Source: Candidatus Peribacteria bacterium (GTDB lineage: Bacteria > Patescibacteriota > Gracilibacteria > BD1-5 > UBA6164). From it: a stretch of 32,000 nt of DNA. Of this stretch, positions 10,793 through 21,205 are shown in pieces (the first letter of the stretch is position 1; the number at the start of each line of letters is the position of its first letter). Made by a program: the position numbers and the translations under genes. Location: positions 159,420 through 191,419 of the forward strand of contig CP060226.1 of assembly GCA_023898505.1 (NCBI GenBank), written 5' to 3'. The notes under the pieces were generated by a model, which did no database searches, was not told the origin of the DNA, and was given only the letters and a program-made list of their open reading frames with translations.

Positions 10793-11951
10793 TGTTTCCC
10801 TTTGCTCTATTATGAGTCTTACAAAGCATCTCACAGTTTGAGATGTCTGTTCCCCCTCCTTTACTCCAAGCAGTAACATGATCTGCATCCATTTCAGCAA
10901 GTTTCCAGATTTTGTTTTTATTGGCATCATGTCAGACAGCGCAGTACGAACAGTTGGAAACTCATTTTGTTTCTGCTTCTTGAGCTTGTTTTTTGTATAC
11001 TGACATTTTCGTCGCATCATCAAAGATACGTACTTCTAACAATTTTGTATCCTGCATTCCACCAAGAACGTATTCAAACACTCATTTTCTATTTTTTACA
11101 TATGAGTCGGCATAAAGCTTTTGTACTTCTATAGAAACTTGTAGAGGATCAAAGGCTTTTTTATGATACTGTTCATAGAGTTTTCCCCATTCAAGACCAC
11201 ACATTTCTTTTTCGACATCTCGAAATACACTCGAAACCCAATCAATCACACTCGTAAAATAGGTCTTTAATTCGGCAATCGTATGTTCATATCTATGACG
11301 ACTCATATAGTCATCGATTTTTCCTTTACTTACCCAATCCAAGGCTCTCTCTAAAAACTCTTGTCTATTCGCACTTCCCTTGATATAAGCGGACCATTTT
11401 TGAATATTCGCATTTTGAGTATTACTAAACTCTTCTTTTGCCAGAGTTACAAACGGTCAGGAATAAATTGCATTGAGAAGTTCTTGATTATTCAGCGGAA
11501 CTCCTGAAATATTGATCGTTTTAAACCATTCTTTGATCTCGCTTTCTTCACCTTCACACTCATAGATAAGTAGCGGAGTTTCTAAGATAATCCTTTGCTT
11601 ATCGGCTGGGAGACTCCCAAAGTGTTGTTCCATCCCGTGTTCATCTTTTACCGCAAATTTATCCGTCACATAGCGACCAATACTCGTAATACGCTGCTGT
11701 CCATCGAGTACCTCATATTTTTCTTCTGCCACTTTTACAAAATAAATTAGTCCGAGAGGATAGCCCTTGAGAATTGATTCTATCACGGCAACATCTTTTT
11801 TCCCATCGGCATAGATATAGTTTCTTTGGTACTCTGGTTGAATCGTCAGTTTTCCAGAAAGTCCAAAGAGTCCTTTCCCTTCGAGTTCGTTGTAGACAAA
11901 TCCTTCACAAATATCTTTGACAGTGATGGTAGTCTTGAGAGTTGTTTTCAT
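10788..11951 (-). CDS. DUF262 (ParB-like nuclease/NTPase) protein with C-terminal HNH endonuclease domain
   Basis: Track pieces 11457..11951 and 11082..11342 plus an untracked C-terminus form one frame (1164 nt) with in-frame TGA at 11457, 11082, 10962 and 10932. Contains the DUF262 motif [12 protein letters not shown]. The HNH tail reads CSYCAV[TGA][38 protein letters not shown]. Confidence 0.85.
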
Positions 11952-11968
11952 AAGAACTATTTTAAAAA

Positions 11969-12847
11969 TTATTTTTTTGCTATTTTATTTGTTTTCCCCA
12001 ATTTTATATACGTTTCATTATTAAGTTTTTTCACTGACTTTATAAAATCTTCATTATTGAGACGAATAAGCATTTCTTGTCCTGTTTCCCTCAGAAATTT
12101 AAATCTTTCTTCCTTATCAAGTCACTTTTTTATCATATCATCATTCAGTGTTTCCAATCGAGATATAACAACAAGCTCATTAATACTTGCATAATCTCTT
12201 TGATTTTTCCCTCAAAGTGCTAACTTTGGATTTACATCAGCCCATTCTTTTTGAGTATATCACCATACTGCTACATTTAATAAGTCGGCTTCTTCAGCAT
12301 AATGTATCCATTTTTTATTTTTTGGATACTGTGATTTTGGAATAATATATTCTTTTACAGCATCTGTTTGGAGTCTATAATTAACTTTAGCCAAAACACG
12401 ATTTACACTCCATTCAAGGTTATAGGTATTGTTTTCAATATCTTTTAATCTCTGGTATTCTTTTATAAGGAGGAGTTTAAATGTAGGACTGATCCACGTT
12501 CAAAATTCAAAAGCAATATCCTTATGTGCATAGGTTCATCCATATCTTCCTGTTTTTGCGAATATTCCTATAGCATTGGTACGTTCTACCCACTCTTTCA
12601 CACTGACTTTATGTGTATTGGAACCTGCATGACTTCTAATTATGGCATATTCGCCATAATTAAAATCTGGATTATGCATTTGTTCCCATGCTGCCAAGAA
12701 CTCAAGTGTATTCGCATTTCTCAGCCAATCAGTAATAAAAAACTCTCCTTCTTTTGCTTCCAGCATATCTGTGATACAGATAAAATCCTCTGAATCCTGA
12801 TTCAAAGTATTGATAACGATATCATTGATTTTTATCTCTGGAGTCAT
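11969..12847 (-). CDS. KilA-N domain-containing protein
   Basis: Extends the track ORF 12536..12847 through five in-frame TGA to TAA at 11969 (879 nt). [27 protein letters not shown][TGA][12 protein letters not shown] matches the KilA-N/ORF6N-type signature. Confidence 0.8.
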
Positions 12848-12863
12848 AATTTATATATTTAAA

Positions 12864-13148
12864 TTACAAAAAATCAAAATCCCGATTCTTTCCGTCCTTC
12901 CCAACTATTAAGTATTGCTTAATAGTTGTCTCTCCAATTTCCCCATCACGCATAAGCGTCTTGATATGTTGGTTTATAGCTGGTACAGAAACTCCATACA
13001 ACTCTGCCATAAGTTTTTGCGTCATCCATAAATTTTCGTCCTCATAACGAAGTTCTACGATCGTCTTTTGATCTCCGATAGCAGAGGCATAGCTGAGGTA
13101 TTCGGCTGCGGAGGAGCGAATAGTTATGTTTTTCTTCTTTTGAGGCAT
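12864..13148 (-). CDS. RhuM-family N-terminal (wHTH) fragment, probably a truncated remnant
   Basis: ATG 13148. IVELRYEDENLWMTQKLMAELYGVSVPAINQHIKTL resembles the N-terminus of RhuM-like proteins. The ORF stops after 94 aa, where full-length members continue. Confidence 0.5.
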   Translation of the reverse strand: MPQKKKNITIRSSAAEYLSYASAIGDQKTIVELRYEDENLWMTQKLMAELYGVSVPAINQHIKTLMRDGEIGETTIKQYLIVGKDGKNRDFDFL

Positions 13149-13217
13149 AGTGTTTAAAGTAAATATTTTAGCTTGTTGAGAGGGAGGTTTTTCTGGATTT
13201 GTATATGACAAAATAGA

Positions 13218-14979
13218 TTATTTATTAAATCAAAAAAGTTCATTAATTTTCCCAAATAGAGGTATGAAATTTTTAAAGTCTTCTTTCGGCAAGTTGACAA
13301 GCTTTTTCCAGAAGTTTTTCTTTCCTTTAATTTTTACTATTTTTGTTCATCAGCTAGGTTCAGAAAAACCATCAAAGTAATCTATTTTTTGCAATACATC
13401 ATCTTCAAATAAATGCTCTAAAAATAAATAATTATGAGTATAACTTTCATCCGCATATGTATTTCGTGAAGATGGAACAGGAATTAATATGGAATGAAAA
13501 TTTTTATGATCTCACCTTGTTCTTGTTAAACATGTTTCCTTATTTCCATTTATTTCTAACCAACGAGTAGATTTCAATCCGTTAAAATTGTGAAAGCCAT
13601 CATCGAAATCGAAGATTCCTATTACTTTTTCTTGTTGTAGTTCATCAATTACTGGTGTATCTAAATATTTTTGCAAATTCTCTCTCCCATTTTTATCAAA
13701 AATAAAAAATGGAGAATTTTCCTCAAAAAGTTTTTCAAAATCATTTTCTACAAATGAAATATCCTTTAGTTTTAACCAAGCAATCTTATATATCTGCTTT
13801 TTATTGTCCTCTACAAAAACATTACATCTTTGTTTTTCGATGTTTTTTCCTAAATGTTCGCTTAGTTTTTGATATGTTTCAATAATCCCGATTTCTTTTT
13901 CTATCTCATCTGTATCATTTTCAAATCAAGAACCTGATATTGTTCTTTGCTTCCAATCAATTTTCCCAATTTGAGAAGAATTACTTTCGTTTTTTACTCT
14001 ATAAGAAGACACATTATCGCCCTTTAATGCTATAAATGGGAAAGAGTGTGAAGTTATAAAAATTTGCTTTTCCTCTCCATATTTTAAGAAATCTTGAGCC
14101 AAGGAGAAACAACGAAGCGGTTCATAAGAATTTTCAGGTTCTTCAAACCCCCATATGACCCTTTTCTTTGAATCTTTAGATATCTCGTTCAATATATCAG
14201 GAATAAATCTAGCTTGAATCCCATCACCTCTATCAAACAAAGATATACCATTTTCTGTTTCAATACCTACTGTTCTAACAAAATCTATTAAGGTATTTGG
14301 AATGTTAAATTGAGCATCTACTCCAGTACTACTTTTAAAATCATCAAAAAGTCTTTCTGTTTCTTCTCTAAGTAAGTTATTTAATTTTAGAGAATGGTCT
14401 TCAAATTTATTTTTTGATTTTTTATTTTGCTTTTCAAATAAAAATTGTTGGAGCTTTTCAAAAAGGAAATTAAAAAATTTTCTATCTTTTACAGCCGGGA
14501 CATATTCAAACTGGATATTATTCAGAAATTGAGATAACTGTCACTCTTGAGCTCTGGCTTTTTTGGGATCAATATTTTTTTTAATGTTATGTTTTCTTGT
14601 TTGATTAAGTCAATTTTTATCCCATATTTTCTCAACATAAAACTTTTCAGGTAAAACACCTCATGTCTCCTTAATGAAATGGATTTTTACTTTTACCCAT
14701 TACATCAACAGCACCTTTGTCTCTATTTGCTTCAGCTTTTTTATCACTTCTATCCCTTTGTATTTTTGATAAATCCCTCTTTAAATCAAATGGAACTCCG
14801 GGGGCAACTTCATTATTAAAAAATAAATTTAATGCTCGAAGAATATTTGATTTCCCAGAATCGTTTTTCCCAGAAAAAATATTTACATCTTGTAAGTCAA
14901 TAATCTCTACTTTCTTTTGTCCTCTTGATCAATCAAAAGACCTAAAATGTTTGATTTCAATTTTCTCTATTATTTTCAT
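13218..14979 (-). pseudogene. frameshifted ABC-type ATPase (AAA_15/21, OLD/AriA-like) fused to a TOPRIM/DUF4435-like C-terminal domain
   Basis: ATG 14979 opens a frame with Walker A FSGKNDSGKSNILRALN that ends at TAA 14671..14673. The remainder lies in the adjacent frame from about 14697 to TAA 13218: FEYVPAVKD, LFDRGDGIQ, Walker B IWGFEEPENSYEP, H-loop FITSHS, then VFVED..IGIFDFDDG. The total of 1762 nt is not a multiple of 3. About 9 in-frame TGA. Confidence 0.7.
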
Positions 14980-14983
14980 GTTT

Positions 14984-16069
14984 TTAGCTCTTATGTTTAA
15001 TTAAAATTCTTTTATATACAAATTCACCTAACAATAACGGAGCTCAACCTTTATCTCGAAAACCAGTAATATGATATTGATTATTTTCAGTAGCAATATT
15101 TGCATCAGCTCTACCTACAATCTCAAACTGTTCAGGACTATACTTATCCAAAAAACTAATCGGCACCCCCATCACACCATCATAATCACTCGGAATATTT
15201 TTTGCAAGAGATACTTCAATAGCATCATAGTTATCGTATTTTTGAAATGGCTGATTGGTAGAAAATTTTATAATGTCTGCCTCTTTCATAAGTGGCATTG
15301 GTTGATGGCGACGACCATGATCAATATTGGAAAACCAACAAACTCATGGAACACGACTAACCCTTTCTCCATTCTGTTCTTTCTCAAATTTATATGAATC
15401 GGCATACACAAAATCTTCGGGAACCTTGAAATACATTCCTCGATTAAAATTTGTTGCTCCCAACCATACTTCATTCTCCTTTATCAAAGGAAACACCTCC
15501 TTGTAAGTAATCGCGTTCATATTCCCAATAATCGCAAACTTCTTCTTTGCCTCCACAATCCACGCTAAAAACTCCCTAAAAAGCGAAAAAGGAGGATTGG
15601 TGATGATGATATCGGCTTCATCACGGAGCTTCTTTATTTCCTCACTACGAAAATCCCCGTCTCACTTGAGATAGTGCCACTCGAGATCTTCTACGTCGAC
15701 CTTGCCATCTCCCGTTGTATCGCGCGTAAGAGTAAAAATCTTTCCGTTTTTCCTGGTCTTTTTCTCATCAAATTGAGGAGCATTTGTTTCAAAAAGACTC
15801 GGTTGATAATTACTCTTATAGAGTTTACTCTCTGTTGCGTAACTTGTAGAAATGAGTTTCTTAAGACCAAATCGTTCAAAATTTTGTGCGAAAAACTTCG
15901 TGAAATTACTCCATTCTGGATCATCACAAGGAAGCAAAATAGTTTTATTCTTAAATACATCAGGATTATAATCAATATAGGCTTGAATTTCCTTATTGAT
16001 ATCATGATACTGGGTATAAAACTCATCGTTTTTTGCTTTTTTTGCTTGAGTAAGATTTTGGTTTGCCAT
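14984..16069 (-). CDS. EcoRI-family N6-adenine DNA methyltransferase
   Basis: Track pieces 15662..16069, 15344..15556 and 15044..15298 share one frame and are joined by TGA at 15659 and 15341. TGA at 15044 reads through to TAA 14984. Contains KNDEFYTQY, LLPCDDPEWSNFTKFF and catalytic IITNPPFSLF (NPPF motif IV). The stop lies 4 nt before the ATPase ATG. Confidence 0.85.
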
Positions 16070-16178
16070 AGATCTTATTGTAATAGTTTATACCTCGATT
16101 GTATATAAAATGTATATTATACTTTTCTTCTAAAAAATCAATAGTTTTCTTTACTATATTCACTCTTGAGACTTTCGC

Positions 16179-16209
16179 AATAAAAGAGCGGAATATCCGC
16201 TCTTTTATT
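16179..16209. repeat. 31-nt direct repeat copy 2; terminator hairpin downstream of the ParA-like gene
   Basis: Identical to 10762..10792. Lies between the methyltransferase upstream region and the ParA-like stop (16234). Confidence 0.85.
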
Positions 16210-16233
16210 GCCTCTTTCCTCGATAATTTTTTA

Positions 16234-17319
16234 CTAAGAATTTAGGTTGAGTAAATTTTTAGCGATATTTCTATAGGATCTATCTATACTACGTAATGCT
16301 TTTGTATATTGTCATGAATCTGTAGTAACATCTACTTGAGTATCGTGTTTTTTACATATATCTTGATCGAGATATATTACGGGAATTCCTTCTTTTTCAG
16401 CAATAGTTCTTAATTTTTGAGTGAAATCACAACACTTTTCAATGACAAATGGTATACTTTCCTTTCAGAAAATAGCACGAAATTCATTTTCAGTAATAGA
16501 TTTATTTGTCTCTAGTGTGTAAGTCTGGAAGTTTTTTACACTCCTATTTACATCTGCAATCCAATCTTCGGTTGCCTTAGAAAATCCTTCAGTATTCTTT
16601 AATACCCCATTATTAAAGCGTTTTGCTAATTGTATTACGAGACCTAAAAACTTTACTTTAAATGATAGCCCTTGAGGGAATCCTTGGGTTTGTCTATATG
16701 GAGATAATAGCTCCATCCAGTTTTGAAATATAGTAGATAAGTTATCGATAGCCTGAAGGGAAAAGAAACTCGGAGAGACGGGGGCGATAAAATAATCACT
16801 CGACATTACTAATAAAGCGTTAATGATACTGCTTGCGCTGGGGGAGGTATCGATAAGAATAAAATCATATTTCTCTGATTTAGATTTGAGTGCTTGCTCA
16901 AACTTATACGGAAGTTTATCAGTAAATGTATTTCGATTTTTGATAATCCCGTAAAGATTCGCTTCTACATTTGTAAGATTGATATCTCCAGAAATCAAGT
17001 CCACTTGACCATTTTTTGATATCTTACTTTGTTTGGAAAATAAGGATTTATCCACTTTCTCATCTTCTAGAAATTCTTTTAGATACTCTGAAAAAGATAT
17101 GTATTGTTGCGTATTTTTAGACCACAACGAGTTTTGTTCTGTTGAATATTCTACACTGGTAGATAATCCATACATTGCGGATGTTAAATTCATTTGTGGG
17201 TCAGCGTCTATCAGTAATACTTTTTTTCATGTGTCAGCAAGGGCGAAAGCAATATTATGAACGAGTGTTGTTTTTCCAACTCATCATTTATGATTAAAAA
17301 AAGAAATGATATTTCGCAT
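16234..17319 (-). CDS. ParA/MinD-family P-loop ATPase with C-terminal extension (361 aa)
   Basis: ATG 17319. The deviant Walker A is encoded as N-H-K-[TGA]-[TGA]-V-G-K-T-T (17281..17286). LLIDADPQ and FILIDTSPSASS motifs are present. Further TGA at 17227, 16465 and 16312. TAG stop at 16234. Confidence 0.85.
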
Positions 17320-17396
17320 ATCTATTCGCTATTTAAAAAATAATTATATCTACAGGTATCTTACGAGAAGCAATAAAAATATCAATAAAAAACTTC

Positions 17397-18296
<900 letters not shown>

Positions 18297-18302
18297 ATAT
18301 CT

Positions 18303-18399
18303 GTCATTCCTGCGAAGGCAGGAATCAATTAAAATATTAAATACTTATTGTATAGATTCCTGCCTTTCCCGCTAAAACGGGACACGGCGCAGGAATGAC
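18303..18399. repeat. nested palindromic (REP-like) element
   Basis: The outer 12-nt inverted repeat is GTCATTCCTGCG (18303..18314) / CGCAGGAATGAC (18388..18399). The inner hairpins are ATTCCTGC-GAAG-GCAGGAAT (18306..18325) and ATTCCTGC..CCCG-CTAAAA-CGGG..GCAGGAAT (18356..18396). Confidence 0.6.
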
Positions 18400-18410
18400 T
18401 TTAAGGTGTG

Positions 18411-19088
18411 CTATTTTCAGAAATTACGTTTACAGTTCTCAAAGTATGCTATTACCTTATCCAGCTCTTCTTCATCAAACTCTGGCCATTTTTTTTCGGT
18501 AAAATAATACTCACTATAATCACTATCATAGAGGAGAAAACCACTATGACGGACATCTCCGCCTGTACGGACAATGACATCTGGCCTTGGGAGAATCGAT
18601 ACATCCAGGTATTCTCGAAAGTTTTCTGTTGTCAGATCATCGATGTTCTTCCCTGTTGCGATGTATCGTTTGATTCCGCGGATGATTTCATCTTGTCCAC
18701 CATAAATAAGCGCAATCGTCAGTGTGAGACTATTGCAGTGAGAAGTAGAGGCCATAAGCTCTTCTAATACTTTTTGTGAAGACTCTGGGAGTCGTATGGT
18801 ATCTCCAATCACTTGTACCTGTATATCTTCACTCAGAAACTTCTTTTTGAGATTAATCGCAGAATTAAGCAGTTTGATAATGCCTCCTACTTCATCGGGA
18901 GAACGTTTTTCTAGATTTTCTGTGGACAAGGCCCAAACAGTAAGGTACTTAATTCCTTTATTTTTACAAAGTTCTGTCATCTTCTGGAGATTATCATATC
19001 CAGCTTTATGACCTGCAATTTTTGGAAGCATTCGTTCTTTTGCCCAGCGACGATTTCCATCCATGATGATGGCAAGGTGGTGTAGCAT
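18411..19088 (-). CDS. uppS: undecaprenyl diphosphate synthase
   Basis: HLAIIMDGNRRWAK and ..RTGG..R.SGFLLYDSDYSEYYF are the cis-prenyltransferase signature. The apparent stop at 18417 is TGA; the true stop is TAG at 18411..18413. Confidence 0.92.
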
Positions 19089-19318
19089 GAAGAGTAGTTA
19101 AAAGGGTAAAGTAAAAAGTATAAAGGGGTAATTATTCTGAAGGCATCTCCCTAAATAGAACTTTCCTTTTCATTCTGAACTTGCTTGTCTCGAGAACTCG
19201 GTGAATGCAGAACCATCACTGTAGATTTCTATTTTTGATACTTGAGAAATGATTATTATCTTCGAGTTTGTTCCACAGGAATAGCATTTACCCTTTACTC
19301 TTTATGCTTTCTTCTTTC

Positions 19319-20323
19319 TTACACTACAATCTTATCTTCAGGACTCGACTCTTTTTTTACAAGTACTGAAAGCTTTTTATTTTTGTTGAGCTCGTAGAGA
19401 AGTGGAGAAGCGATGTAGATAGAACTATAAGTACCAACAATCGTACCAAAGATAAGAACCAGCACAAAACCAGAGATAGATTCTGGACCAAAGACAAAAA
19501 TACTCACAAGTACTAACAAAAGTGTCAAAGACGTATAAATACTTCTACGAACGGTATCAGATACCGACATATCTACAATCTCATCAAGTTTTACTTTTTT
19601 TCGTATCTGTTCTTTTAAATTACTACGAATCCTATCAAAGACAACGATAGTATCATTGATTGAGTAGCCGAGTATCGTCAAAAGTGCGGTAACAAAAAAT
19701 GTATCAATTTTAAACTCTGGATAGAAAAATGAAGTCATAATGTAAAGACCACTAGCAATAAGTACATCATGAAACAGTGTGATAATCGTAATCGAAGAAA
19801 ACGAAAACCAGCTGATTCCAGATACAATTCCTGAAAAGGCCCGAGTTACATATAAGGCAATCGCAATAATCGCAATACCCAGAGTAAGAAGCGCAGTATT
19901 TTTGATATAATCTCCAAAACTTTTCCCGATATTGATATAACTTTGTTCTTCTACCTCTGGATCATACTGACGTAATACTTCAAGCAAGTCTTCACGAAAT
20001 GTATTTTTCAAAATATCTAGCTCTTGTTCTTCTACATCCGTCACAAAGCCAGCAACAACGGAAAGTGTATCTTCTCCTGATACTTTATAGGCACTGGTTC
20101 CATTGATAACTTCTCTTCAGTCATACACTACCTCCTTTGAGATGGTATCTATCGCTGTTCTCACGGTATCGATATCATTATACTGAAAATTATACTCAGT
20201 TTGAGTTCCTCCCGTCATATCAATCCCAAAGTTGAGTTTTGTTCCGAGTAAAAATACGAGAGAAAGAATAATGAGTACAATAGAAACACTGTAATAATAG
20301 GTTTTATGTTTGATAACTTGCAT
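19319..20323 (-). CDS. secF: protein translocase subunit SecF
   Basis: Track pieces 20117..20323 and 19319..20044 share one frame (1005 nt) and are joined by one TGA. Contains LNFGIDMTGGT and the GYSINDTIVVFDRIR signature. Confidence 0.85.
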
Positions 20324-20440
20324 GAAAATATCCTATGAAATAACGAACCTATTGTAAGTAATTCTCTTAAAAAACAAGTTAATCTTGAAAAAAGACAATT
20401 TCAAGGTATAAGCCTACAAGTATATTTTTTCTTTCTTTCT

Positions 20441-21184
20441 ATGAAACGTTTTGCAGATCTTATGATGAAGTTTTTAATTGTCCTGAGTATTGCTCTGGGA
20501 CTTATCGCTTTTATTAAGCCAGAACTTATCAAGGCAGCGATTGAGTGGATGAGAGAGGTGATCCAATTACTGGGATACTGGAATTATGTGATAGTAATAC
20601 TGAGTAGTACAATTGAGAGTTTTCCCGTACTTGGAGTGGTGGTACCTGGACAAAATATCCTTATCATCGTTGGTTGATTCTTTGCAGAACTGAGCAAAGA
20701 AAATCTCATCTATGTGACAATTATTGCGAGTATCTGAGCGATTTTATGAAACTATATCGGCTACTATCTCGGAAAAATACATGGAGAAGAATTTTTTAAG
20801 CGCTATGGCCTCTGGTTTGGTATCGGAGAAACGGAAGTACGATACATCAAAAAAGGAATTAAAAAATGGGGAATCTGGGGAATCATACTCGGAAAATTTC
20901 ACCCAGCAATCAGAGCATTTATGCCGTTTATCGCAGGAAGTATGGGGATGAAAAGTAAGCACTTTATGTACTCGAGTATCATCGCTTCTATTCTCCGGGC
21001 TTTTGCCATGATTATCCTCTGAATCCTATTTGCAAAAACCTATGAAATTATTATCGATTATCTGGAGTATATCTTCTTTGGGATTATGATTCTCTGAGGA
21101 CTTTATATCTGGAGATTTAAGAAACAAGCATTTCTCACATACATGGAAGAAAAAAATAGAGAGATAGAAGCCAAGATGAGATAA
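20441..21184 (+). CDS. DedA-family membrane protein
   Basis: ATG 20441, in-frame TGA read through to TAA 21182..21184. ESFPVLGVVVPGQNILIIVG[TGA]FF and GKFHPAIRAFMPFIAGSMGM are typical of DedA/SNARE-associated proteins. Confidence 0.8.
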
Positions 21185-21205
21185 TATCAGTAAAAATTAC
21201 ACACT

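Noticed and set aside
10634-11023. Minus-strand track ORF overlapping the clpP 3' end.
   Set aside because: It is out of frame with the DUF262-HNH gene that occupies this DNA, overlaps clpP antisense, and shows no motif.
11031-11048. Apparent +1 frameshift between the DUF262 part and the HNH tail of the island nuclease.
   Set aside because: This was an indexing error in my first pass. Codon-by-codon recount against coordinates gives ..[16 protein letters not shown].. in a single frame (1164 nt, divisible by 3).
16070-16178. Promoter for the island operon (TTGATT .. TATAAT on the minus strand).
   Set aside because: Spacing between the best -35 and -10 candidates is about 14 nt. Several alternative TATA-like boxes exist in this AT-rich stretch, so no confident assignment is possible.
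10762-16209. Calling the island an integrative mobile element or prophage.
   Set aside because: No integrase, recombinase, transposase or structural phage gene lies between or beside the repeats. Only the direct repeat and cargo type support mobility, so it is reported as an island, not as a mobile_element feature.
19089-19318. 230-nt intergenic region upstream of uppS, examined for a tRNA, small RNA or small ORF.
   Set aside because: No tRNA-like T-arm or acceptor pattern was found. Only weak 8 to 9 nt inverted repeats and unconvincing ORFs of 50 aa or fewer.
19319-20323. secF without an adjacent secD, considered as an unusual Sec arrangement.
   Set aside because: secD may simply lie elsewhere in the genome. 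This cannot be evaluated from one window.
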